A stretch of 64,000 bases of DNA, taken from assembly GCA_045536125.1 (NCBI GenBank), contig JAZSMX010000050.1:1953-65952 (forward strand), written 5' to 3'. The notes beneath the pieces were generated by a model that had not been told where the DNA came from, did not search any database, and was given only the letters and a program-made list of their open reading frames with translations. Source of the DNA: Eubacteriales bacterium. Its GTDB lineage: Bacteria; Bacillota; Clostridia; Oscillospirales; CAG-272. Shown here one piece after another: positions 1-7,679 of this stretch. Numbering within the stretch: position 1 is the first letter of the stretch; each line of letters starts with the position of its first letter. Position numbers and translations under genes: made by a program.

Positions 1-665
1 CCGGGTTCACCGACAAGGCAAGGGTTGTTTTTCGTTCGGCGAGAAAGAATTTGAATCAAACGCTCCGTTTCGGTGTCTCTCCCGATGATGGGATCGATTC
101 TTCCGCTCTTTGCCATTTCGCAAAGGTCTCTTCCAAAGCTTTTGAGTGTCTGGGTTTTTGAAAGCGCGTCGCTCGTCCCCTCATTTCCGGCATGTGTGAA
201 GGAGGCATTGCCGGGACGTTCATTCGCGGATGCGGAGGAAAGGTATGCTGCAAGCTCGTTTTTTAATTCGGAAAGTGAGATTCCAATGCCTTCCAACAGT
301 TTGACAGCGACACAGTCTTCTTCCGCAAGAAGCGCCGCGAGGAGATGCTCGGTTCCAATATATTCACGGTGATATCTCTGCGCCTCGGAGAGCGAATTTT
401 GAATAATATTTTTGGTACGCGGTGTCATATCCGCCGCTGAAACGGAGGAGGGAGATCCCGCGCCCGCAATGCGGATGATGGCGTTTTTTACTTTTTCCGT
501 TTCCGCACCGCGTTGACGGAGGTAGTGTGCGGCGACGCCGCCGCTTTCCTTGCAAAGTCCCAAGAGCAGATGCTCGGAACCGATATACGTGTGTCCGAGC
601 TCCGATGCGCTTTGCAAGGAAAGGTTCAGTACGTTCTGTGCTTTTTGTGTGAATCTGTTTTGCAT
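1..665 (-). CDS. clpC: ATP-dependent Clp protease ATP-binding subunit ClpC, N-terminal part (runs off window)
   Basis: Absent from the ORF track because it is edge-truncated. The reverse-strand ATG at 665 gives [37 protein letters not shown], a second Clp_N repeat ([12 protein letters not shown]), then [28 protein letters not shown]. It lies directly downstream of ctsR-mcsA-mcsB. Confidence 0.9.
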   Translation of the reverse strand, partial: MQNRFTQKAQNVLNLSLQSASELGHTYIGSEHLLLGLCKESGGVAAHYLRQRGAETEKVKNAIIRIAGAGSPSSVSAADMTPRTKNIIQNSLSEAQRYHREYIGTEHLLAALLAEEDCVAVKLLEGIGISLSELKNELAAYLSSASANERPGNASFTHAGNEGTSDALSKTQTLKSFGRDLCEMAKSGRIDPIIGRDTETERLIQILSRRTKNNPCLVGEP

Positions 666-688
666 AACTTCAGATCCTTTCCGTTATT

Positions 689-1714
689 TTATGCGTTCTT
701 TTCCGTTGCGTCCAAAATCTTTTTTATTTTATGTGCGCGAAGCTTGTCCCGCGCGCTTTCTCCCTTGGGGGTGTTCTCGGAGGAAAGAGTAAGGGTGGCG
801 GGCATGGTTTCCGCGAGAAGTGTTCCAAGCTGCTCATAGGTGATGTCCTTGACGATGCCGAGAGCAATACCGAATCTTACGTCGGCAAAAAGCTTGATCA
901 TTTCCGAGGAGGAGATCATATGTGCATATCGAAGAATGCCTTCGCTTCTTAAAATTTTATCCGTCAGACGGTCTAAGGAATCTCCTGTGATATTCTTTCT
1001 CGCTTTTTCCTCACTTTCCGAAATTTGACGAACCGCATCTCCGAGCTTCCGAAGCGTTTCTTCTTCGCTGATTCCTAATGTGACCTGATTTGATATTTGG
1101 TACATGCATCCCGCCGAACCGCTGCCTTCACCAAACAGCCCCCGCATGGTAAGTCCAAGCTTGGAGAGCTGGGAAGAGAGGGAATTCATATACCCACCAC
1201 GCGTAAGGGCAGGGAGAAACATCATCACGGAAGCTCTCATGCCTGTTCCGAGATTGCTGGGGCACTGCGTCAAGTACCCTAACTGCTCGCTGTAGGAAAA
1301 ATCAAAATCCTCATCCAACCGTTTTTCGGTGTTCAACGCGTGCTTATATGCTTCTTCTAAGGCAAGTCCCGGAAGAATGGACTGTATACGAAGATGATCC
1401 TCTTCACACACCATTACGGCAATCCCCGGCTGTTCCATCAAAAAGAGTGCACGGGGAGAGTTCTTTGTAGCAAATTCGGGGCTGACGTAATGGCGTTCTA
1501 CGTAAGACGTTGCCATGACGGGAGAAATATCCGAAAAATTGATTTTGCGAAACCCGGAGGCTTCTAAGGGAATGCTGACCTTTTGAATGATTTCATTTGC
1601 CGAATTGGCATCAAGGCGCGATGAAAAAGGGTAGGTGTTGATGTTTCTTGCAAGACGGACACGTGTACTGATCACCGTGTCGGCAGATGCTCCCGAAAGA
1701 TGATACCAAGACAT
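689..1714 (-). CDS. mcsB: protein arginine kinase McsB
   Basis: Guanido-kinase-like sequence (STRVRLARN, CEEDHLRIQS). The track start at 1819 is trimmed to the ATG at 1714 (MSWYHLSG), which abuts the mcsA stop. Confidence 0.9.
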   Translation of the reverse strand: MSWYHLSGASADTVISTRVRLARNINTYPFSSRLDANSANEIIQKVSIPLEASGFRKINFSDISPVMATSYVERHYVSPEFATKNSPRALFLMEQPGIAVMVCEEDHLRIQSILPGLALEEAYKHALNTEKRLDEDFDFSYSEQLGYLTQCPSNLGTGMRASVMMFLPALTRGGYMNSLSSQLSKLGLTMRGLFGEGSGSAGCMYQISNQVTLGISEEETLRKLGDAVRQISESEEKARKNITGDSLDRLTDKILRSEGILRYAHMISSSEMIKLFADVRFGIALGIVKDITYEQLGTLLAETMPATLTLSSENTPKGESARDKLRAHKIKKILDATEKNA

Positions 1715-1715
1715 A

Positions 1716-2255
1716 TTATTCTGCCTCCTTTCCATTTTCTTCTGCTTTTTTGATTTCGTCGCGTAAGCGTGCCGCGCTTTCAAAGTCTTCCTTTTTGATG
1801 GCTTCCTGCATTTCCGCACGAAGCTTCTTGATTTGATTTTCGCGCTCCTGCTTTGCGCGATGACGGGCGGGAAGTGCTCCCGTATGAACGGTCGTTCCGT
1901 GGATTGAGCGAATCATTGGGGAAAGCTCGCTTGAAAATACGGAATAGCATTCGGGGCATCCTACCTTTCCTTCCTTCAAAATTTCCGCATAGGTCGAATG
2001 GCAATTCGGACAAGCCTTTTCACTGTGGAGTGATTGAGGCTTGGAAATTCCGAAAAAGCCGCCGAACAGGTTGTCCTGAAGCTCGGAAAAAGGATCGGCA
2101 AAGCTCCCCATCATCGAGGTGACGTCCTGTAAATCGCCTTTTTCACGCAATGCTGCGGCACATTCACTGCAAAGAGACAGTGAACGTGTTTTTCCGTTGA
2201 TATTTTCATTATAAAAGACGGCGGCTGTTCTTTTTTTGCATTTTTCGCACAACAT
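1716..2255 (-). CDS. mcsA: McsA, activator of McsB (four CxxC zinc fingers plus UVR-like C-terminus)
   Basis: CEKC, CSEC, CPNC and CPECYSVF motifs plus EDFESAARLRDEIK. Start trimmed to MLCEKCKKR, which has an AAAGGA RBS. Confidence 0.85.
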   Translation of the reverse strand: MLCEKCKKRTAAVFYNENINGKTRSLSLCSECAAALREKGDLQDVTSMMGSFADPFSELQDNLFGGFFGISKPQSLHSEKACPNCHSTYAEILKEGKVGCPECYSVFSSELSPMIRSIHGTTVHTGALPARHRAKQERENQIKKLRAEMQEAIKKEDFESAARLRDEIKKAEENGKEAE

Positions 2256-2366
2256 ATGATCAATCCTTTCTGTCAGAGGTGCTTTTTGCCCCTCTTTTGT
2301 TATATTATAGTACTGCTTGTCCGCAGATTCTGTCACAATTTCTGCCGATTCAAAAAATAATACGCT

Positions 2367-2813
2367 TTACATCAAAGAGAGAACGATTTGCTTGAGAACG
2401 TCTGCTCTGACGACGGAGCGCAGAGCAGGGGGGACGGAGGAAAAGGCTGCCCCCGATATGGATGCATAGGCGATTTTAAATTCTTTTTCCGTAATGAAAT
2501 CGTTTCCGTAAAGATTTTTCAGATATGCAACCGCTTCCGCTTCGTCGATGGAAGCTCCGATGGCACAAAGAAAATGCATCAGATATTCGTCGCGCCCCAT
2601 TTGCTTTCGGATGATACGGATACAACCGCCGCCTCCGCGACGTGATTCGATGATATAACCTCGCTCGGGGGTGAACCGGGAGGAGATGACGTAGCTGATC
2701 TGGCTGGGAACACATCCGAGGCGATTTGCCATTTCGTTGCGTTGAAGCTCAAGCGTTCCGCCTTCCTCGTTAAGCATTTCTTCAATTATTTGAGCAATGT
2801 AATCTGCAAGCAT
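2367..2813 (-). CDS. ctsR: class III heat-shock repressor CtsR
   Basis: 148 aa, MLADYIAQIIEEML...RLGCVPSQISYV (HTH). First gene of the ctsR-mcsAB-clpC operon, with an AAAAGGAGAG RBS. Confidence 0.9.
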   Translation of the reverse strand: MLADYIAQIIEEMLNEEGGTLELQRNEMANRLGCVPSQISYVISSRFTPERGYIIESRRGGGGCIRIIRKQMGRDEYLMHFLCAIGASIDEAEAVAYLKNLYGNDFITEKEFKIAYASISGAAFSSVPPALRSVVRADVLKQIVLSLM

Positions 2814-2827
2814 CTTTTCTCTCCTTT

Positions 2828-2900
2828 TTTGACCTTCTTTGAGTTTCTGAGCTTATTATATCCGAAAAGTCAAAGAAAGTCAAAGTCAAAGAAAGTCAAA
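2828..2900 (-). promoter_or_regulatory. ctsR operon promoter overlapped by three CtsR heptad-repeat operators
   Basis: Minus-strand TTGACT (2878-2883), 17-nt spacer, TATAAT (2855-2860). Two abutting copies of AGTCAAAGAAAGTCAAA sit at 2868-2884 and 2884-2900. ACTCAAAGAAGGTCAAA in gene orientation sits at 2828-2844. All match the CtsR consensus RGTCAAANANRGTCAAA. Confidence 0.7.
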
Positions 2901-3010
2901 TTTGGACTGATAAGAACGGTTTTTTTAAAAAAATCAAATGATTTCGCTGTTTTTCTCATTTTTTCTTTCTTTTTTACTTTTTTGATTTTCAAAAACGAAG
3001 GAGCCCGATA

Positions 3011-3039
3011 TTGACAAATGATTTTTTTTATGCTATACT
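3011..3039 (+). promoter_or_regulatory. sigma-A-type promoter of dxs
   Basis: TTGACA (3011-3016), 17-nt T-rich spacer, TATACT (3034-3039), about 35 nt before the dxs RBS. Confidence 0.6.
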
Positions 3040-3073
3040 CTAAAAAATAAAGTAAGATGAGAGGAGGGAACAC

Positions 3074-4972
3074 ATGACGGAAGAAAATAATGCGGAGCTT
3101 TTAAAGCTTGAGACATTGGATGAAATTCAATCACCGACGGATCTGAAGGCACTTCCTGCTGAAAAAATTCCGCAACTCGCCGAAGAAATTCGCCAATTTT
3201 TGATCCACCGTGTCAGAGAAAACGGCGGACATCTGGCTTCCAATCTCGGTGTGGTAGAAATGACAATTGCCATTCACCGTGTGTTCGACTCTCCGAACGA
3301 TCATATTATATTTGACGTAGGACATCAAAGCTACGTCCACAAGCTTTTGACAGGAAGAAAGGAACTTTTTGATTCGTTACGTGTCGCGGGAGGACTCAGC
3401 GGTTTTCCAAAACGCTCGGAGAGCGATCACGATGCATTTGGAACCGGACACAGCTCTACGTCTCTCTCCGCCTCTCTCGGCTTTGCGGAAGCGGATAAGC
3501 TCAAAGGAAGCGATGCCTACACGGTCTGCGTTTTCGGTGACGGAGCTTATACCGGTGGGATGATCCACGAGGCGCTCAACAATTGTCGCAAAAATTTGCG
3601 ATTGATCATTATTCTTAATGAAAACGAGATGTCCATCTCAAAAAATATCGGACGGTTCGCAAAATCTCTTTCCAAGCTGCGTACCTCTCGCGGATATTTT
3701 AAGACCAAAAATGTAACCGCTTCGATTCTTCAAAAGATCCCCTTGATCGGAAAACCGATCTTTTCCTTACTTCTTCGCACCAAGATGTCCTTGAAGGCGT
3801 CTCTTTACGGAAGTAACTATTTTGAAAATCTTGGACTTTATTATCTGGGGCCTGCGGACGGAAACGACGAAGAGGTTGTTGAAAAGCTTTTGCGCGAAGC
3901 AAAGAAAACGGGACAGAGCTGTGTGGTTCATCTGAAAACCAAAAAAGGAAAGGGCTACGCCCCTGCCGAGGCAACCCCCGACAAGTTCCACGGAATGTCT
4001 CCTGCGGCAAAGCCTTCTTTGGAGGAGGCAACCTTTTCCGAGGAAATGGGAGTTTTTCTTTGTGATATGGCACAGAAGAATCAAAAAATCTGTGCAATCA
4101 CGGCTGCAATGGCTGACGGAACAGGGCTTTCACAGTTCAGGTCCTCATGCCCCGAGCGCTTTTTTGACGTGGGGATTGCCGAGGCACATGCTGTGACCTT
4201 TGCCGCGGGACTTGCAGCAAACGGAATGCGTCCCGTGGTAGCGGTCTATTCTACGTTCCTTCAACGCGCCTATGACAGTATCGTTCACGATGTCGCTCTT
4301 CAGGATCTCCCCGTTGTTTTTTGCATCGACCGCGCGGGGCTCAATGCAGGTGACGGTCCTACACATCACGGTACGTTTGACGTTGCGTTCCTGTCGGAAA
4401 TCCCGAATCTTGAGATTTATACTCCCATTACGAGATTGGCACTTCGCAATGCGCTCTACCATGCTCTGCATGCAAGTCATCCCGTGGCAATTCGCTATCC
4501 GAACGGATGCGAGAACCCAAAGGTCGTCGATGCGTTTTATAAAAAAGGAACGGTTCGCGACGTGGGCGTGCGGTGCGATTTTGAAGACGGAGCGCTGTGT
4601 GACGGAATTCTGATCACACACGGGCGCATCGTTTCGGAGGCCTTGAAGGCAAAGTCTATGTTGAAGGAAAGAGGATTTGTGCTCGGTATCCTTCTCTTGG
4701 AGCATCTGAAACCCTATGAAGCCGTTGCAAAGGAGATTCTTCCGTATCTTCCGGAAAAGGAAATGAAAATTGTTTTTCTGGAGGAAGAGATCCGTTCGGG
4801 CGGGATGGGGATGATGCTTCGTGACGCGCTTTCCGCGTACGAAGTCATGAACAATAAAAACACCGAAATTTTGGCACTTGACGACGGTTTTGCCGCTCCC
4901 ACGGAGGACGTGGGGGTGCTTTCTGCACAAGGACTTGATGCCGACGGCATCAAGCGCGCCTTTCTTTCATAA
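3074..4972 (+). CDS. dxs: 1-deoxy-D-xylulose-5-phosphate synthase
   Basis: 632 aa with GHSSTSLSA and the GDGAYTGGM TPP motif; full-length transketolase-like layout. Confidence 0.95.
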   Translation: MTEENNAELLKLETLDEIQSPTDLKALPAEKIPQLAEEIRQFLIHRVRENGGHLASNLGVVEMTIAIHRVFDSPNDHIIFDVGHQSYVHKLLTGRKELFDSLRVAGGLSGFPKRSESDHDAFGTGHSSTSLSASLGFAEADKLKGSDAYTVCVFGDGAYTGGMIHEALNNCRKNLRLIIILNENEMSISKNIGRFAKSLSKLRTSRGYFKTKNVTASILQKIPLIGKPIFSLLLRTKMSLKASLYGSNYFENLGLYYLGPADGNDEEVVEKLLREAKKTGQSCVVHLKTKKGKGYAPAEATPDKFHGMSPAAKPSLEEATFSEEMGVFLCDMAQKNQKICAITAAMADGTGLSQFRSSCPERFFDVGIAEAHAVTFAAGLAANGMRPVVAVYSTFLQRAYDSIVHDVALQDLPVVFCIDRAGLNAGDGPTHHGTFDVAFLSEIPNLEIYTPITRLALRNALYHALHASHPVAIRYPNGCENPKVVDAFYKKGTVRDVGVRCDFEDGALCDGILITHGRIVSEALKAKSMLKERGFVLGILLLEHLKPYEAVAKEILPYLPEKEMKIVFLEEEIRSGGMGMMLRDALSAYEVMNNKNTEILALDDGFAAPTEDVGVLSAQGLDADGIKRAFLS

Positions 4973-4976
4973 AAAA

Positions 4977-5012
4977 TCAAGACCTTTCTGCATCAAAGCA
5001 GAAAGGTCTTGA
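4977..5012. terminator. bidirectional intrinsic terminator between convergent dxs and truB
   Basis: 15-bp perfect stem TCAAGACCTTTCTGC/GCAGAAAGGTCTTGA with a 6-nt loop. A-run upstream and TTGCTTTT downstream. Confidence 0.7.
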
Positions 5013-5904
5013 TTGCTTTTACGGCAATTCCGTCTTTGTATTCTCCCACCTCACCGAGCGCGAAAAAGCGTTCTTTTTCATCATAGAGACGCACGCGCGT
5101 TCCGAGTGGAAGAGATGCGCCTATTTTTTTGAGGTAGATCTCGCAGCCGCCTCGGCAAAGCTTTTCATAAAAGGCGGAGAGGCGAAGAGAGGGAAGTGAG
5201 GAGAAGAGGGATTCGGTGGGAAGAAGTATGGTGACACGTTCTTCGTCGCTCATTTCCTCCAATTCCTTTACGGAATACGATTGTTCGATCGGAAAGCCTC
5301 CGGTTTCCAACCGTTCCAAGGATGCCATCGCTCCTCCGCATCCCAATGCAGCGCCGATGTCGGCGCAAAGTGTACGAATGTAAGTACCGCCCGAGCAGAT
5401 GACGTCCAGCACGTATTCCGAGGGGGTATCCGTTGGGGTGGATTTTAGGTAGAATATTTCGATCCGGCGAGGTTTTCGTTCCACGACAATGCCTTGCCTT
5501 GCAAGATCGACCAGCTTCTGTCCGTCTACCTTGAGTGCGCTGTACATCGGAGGAATCTGTTCAACGATTCCCGTAAAACGCGGAAGGATCTCTTCAAATT
5601 CCGTTTGTGTCGGAAGAGTGTCAGATCTGGAAAGCACCGTTCCCGTAGTGTCTTCGGTATCGGTTGTGATTCCGAGCTTGATTGTTGCGCGGTAACGCTT
5701 ACGGTCGGTAACAAGATATTCAGAGGCCTTGGCGGCACGACCGATCAGCACGACGAGGACGCCGGTTGCCATGGGATCAAGTGTCCCCGTATGTCCTACG
5801 CGGCGAGTGTGATAGAAACGTCGAACCTTTCCCACAATATCGTGTGAGGTCACACCGGCATGCTTGTTGACGATCAGTACGCCGCTGATTTCTTCTTCTG
5901 ACAT
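4993..5904 (-). CDS. truB: tRNA pseudouridine(55) synthase TruB
   Basis: GVLIVNKHAGVTSHDIV and HTGTLDPMATGVL (catalytic Asp motif). The ATG at 5904 is preferred (AAGGGTG RBS); the alternative is 5922. Confidence 0.9.
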   Translation of the reverse strand: MSEEEISGVLIVNKHAGVTSHDIVGKVRRFYHTRRVGHTGTLDPMATGVLVVLIGRAAKASEYLVTDRKRYRATIKLGITTDTEDTTGTVLSRSDTLPTQTEFEEILPRFTGIVEQIPPMYSALKVDGQKLVDLARQGIVVERKPRRIEIFYLKSTPTDTPSEYVLDVICSGGTYIRTLCADIGAALGCGGAMASLERLETGGFPIEQSYSVKELEEMSDEERVTILLPTESLFSSLPSLRLSAFYEKLCRGGCEIYLKKIGASLPLGTRVRLYDEKERFFALGEVGEYKDGIAVKAIKTFLL

Positions 5905-5918
5905 AATTTCACCCTTCT

Positions 5919-6494
5919 TCATTTGATGATCAAGTGCTCAAGAGAGCGCTTTTGTACGTAATGAATCCCGTTTTCACGGTAATAAGTAACGCTTCCGTCG
6001 GGGGATTCATCGGTTATACATACCGTTTCATCGGGCTTGCCGAGTCCTAAGACCAAGGCGGGTGTGATTCCGTTGGGAAGGGAGAGGAGAGATACGAGCT
6101 CCGTCGGTGAAAATGATCCGATCATGCATCCGCCAAATCCGCTTTCCGTAGCGGCAAGCATCAGAGTTTGTGCCGCGATTCCAACGTCCTTTTGGAATTT
6201 TTCGGCATTGGCAATCACTGTGTCATCCGTGCAAATCACGATATATGCCACGGGAGCATGTCCTACGGGGGGGAGCTTTGTGTCCTTCAGTTTTCCCGCC
6301 CAACGGGTAAGAGATAAGACTGCGTCGCATTCTTCTTTTCTTGTAACCGTGCGAAATTTCAGCATTTGAAGATTGATCGAGGAGGGGGTGTAGCGTGTAT
6401 GGTCAATCCAATCCGCCAAAAGCTCCTCGGAGATGGGGAGGGTGGGATCGAAGCTTCGGTAGCTTCTGGATGCCTTTAAAAGATCCTTTAACAT
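5919..6494 (-). CDS. nitroreductase family protein
   Basis: 191 aa with the SYRSFDP opening typical of NAD(P)H-flavin nitroreductases. Confidence 0.8.
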   Translation of the reverse strand: MLKDLLKASRSYRSFDPTLPISEELLADWIDHTRYTPSSINLQMLKFRTVTRKEECDAVLSLTRWAGKLKDTKLPPVGHAPVAYIVICTDDTVIANAEKFQKDVGIAAQTLMLAATESGFGGCMIGSFSPTELVSLLSLPNGITPALVLGLGKPDETVCITDESPDGSVTYYRENGIHYVQKRSLEHLIIK

Positions 6495-6507
6495 ATCGTT
6501 CTCCTTT

Positions 6508-7155
6508 TTAAAAACTTACCCAAGCAGAGTAGATGACCTGTCCCATGCTTGAAAAATTACGTTCGTATTCGGTCATCACGTTGTCCGATGCCTTTTCGGA
6601 ACGGTGCAGATCACGTGTCATCCATTCGACCTTGAGTCCGCAACGGCGGAATTCTTCAAGACTGAAGTCAAAAAGTCCTTCGTTGTCGGTTTTGAGCTTC
6701 AGCATACCGCCCTCACGAAGGACGCGTCTGTAAAGCGAGAGAAATCCCTCGTGCGTCAGTCTGCGCTTGGCATAGCCCTTTTTTGGCCAGGGATCGCTGA
6801 AATTGAGGTAGATGCAATCGACTGATTTTTCGGGGAACCATTCGGCGACGTTTCTGGCATCTCCGATGAGAAACCGAAGATTATCGGGGCGCTCATCCTT
6901 GGCTTTCATTGCTTTTTCAAGAGCAATGCAGGCGACGTCGGAGATACGCTCCATCGCGATCCAGTTGCACGTAGGATATTTGGATGCCATCCCCGTGGCA
7001 AAGTCTCCTTTTCCGCAACCGATTTCAAGCTGCAAGGGGCGTTCGGTTTCAAAAAAAGCTTGCGGGTCAGGGGTGGGGAGTGCTGCGGGATCGATCAGAA
7101 TTTCATGACATGCAGCGATGCGTTCCGCACCGTGCTTCTTTTTTCTCATTCTCAT
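6508..7155 (-). CDS. trmB: tRNA (guanine46-N7)-methyltransferase TrmB
   Basis: LEIGCGKGDF SAM motif and FSDPWPKK motif. Confidence 0.9.
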   Translation of the reverse strand: MRMRKKKHGAERIAACHEILIDPAALPTPDPQAFFETERPLQLEIGCGKGDFATGMASKYPTCNWIAMERISDVACIALEKAMKAKDERPDNLRFLIGDARNVAEWFPEKSVDCIYLNFSDPWPKKGYAKRRLTHEGFLSLYRRVLREGGMLKLKTDNEGLFDFSLEEFRRCGLKVEWMTRDLHRSEKASDNVMTEYERNFSSMGQVIYSAWVSF

Positions 7156-7201
7156 AATTGTATTCCTCGTAAGTATATTTCGTTTTGAACGTCGTAATCT
7201 G

Positions 7202-7230
7202 TTGACAAAAGTCGAATGACTATGTATAAT
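7202..7230 (+). promoter_or_regulatory. orphan perfect consensus promoter pointing at the acp terminator
   Basis: TTGACA (7202-7207), exactly 17 nt, TATAAT (7225-7230). No plus-strand gene lies downstream. Confidence 0.45.
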
Positions 7231-7253
7231 AGAACGGAGACTGATAAGAAAAG

Positions 7254-7285
7254 GGCACCAACTTTCAGGTCGGTGCCGTTTTGGT
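7254..7285. terminator. hairpin terminator usable on both strands
   Basis: GGCACC (7254-7259)/GGTGCC (7272-7277). GTTTTGGTT follows on the plus strand and CTTTTCTT on the minus strand, just after the acp stop. Confidence 0.55.
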
Positions 7286-7292
7286 TGCTTGA

Positions 7293-7517
7293 TTATGCGT
7301 TTTCTTCCAAGAATTTGACAACGTCGCCGACAGTTGCGAATTTGTAGATGTCCTCATCCTTGAATTCAACATCGAATTTCTCTTCGCAGATCATGACCAG
7401 GTCGGCAAGCTCAATAGAATTGATTCCGAGATCGTTTGAGAGATTGGATTCCAAAGTGATTTCGCTTGTGTCCAGCTGAAGCTCTTCTTCGAGAATCTTT
7501 TTTAAGGTGTCAAACAT
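7293..7517 (-). CDS. stand-alone acyl carrier protein
   Basis: 74 aa from MFDTLKKILEEE, with the phosphopantetheine-site motif LGINSIELADL. The track start at 7604 is trimmed. Confidence 0.8.
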   Translation of the reverse strand: MFDTLKKILEEELQLDTSEITLESNLSNDLGINSIELADLVMICEEKFDVEFKDEDIYKFATVGDVVKFLEENA

Positions 7518-7575
7518 AACAGTCCTCCAATATGTTTTCTTTTCGCTTACGCTTTGATTTCTTAACACAAGATAT

Positions 7576-7604
7576 ATTATAAATGACAAATATCCGTTTG
7601 TCAA
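7576..7604 (-). promoter_or_regulatory. consensus promoter of the acp gene
   Basis: Minus strand: TTGACA (7599-7604), 17 nt, TATAAT (7576-7581). Confidence 0.55.
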
Positions 7605-7679
7605 GCATTTTTTGGAAATGAAGATGTTTTTTTTCTAAAACCGCCAATTACGGAAAAAACGAAGAAAGGAGTCGAAAAT

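Noticed and set aside
689-1819. Long N-terminal extensions in the ORF track (mcsB, mcsA, acp, potA, potD, rqcH, ABC ATPase, LamG-SGNH, namZ-like, spoVT, LuxR-type, rplU, AraC)
   Set aside because: The upstream in-frame codons lack an RBS and overlap neighbouring genes. Internal starts with good Shine-Dalgarno spacing and family-typical N-termini were used instead.
2868-2900. Short tandem GTCAAA-containing repeats that could be taken for a mini repeat array
   Set aside because: The period is 6-10 bp, the total is only 33 bp, and it matches the CtsR operator consensus upstream of ctsR. It is not CRISPR or a satellite.
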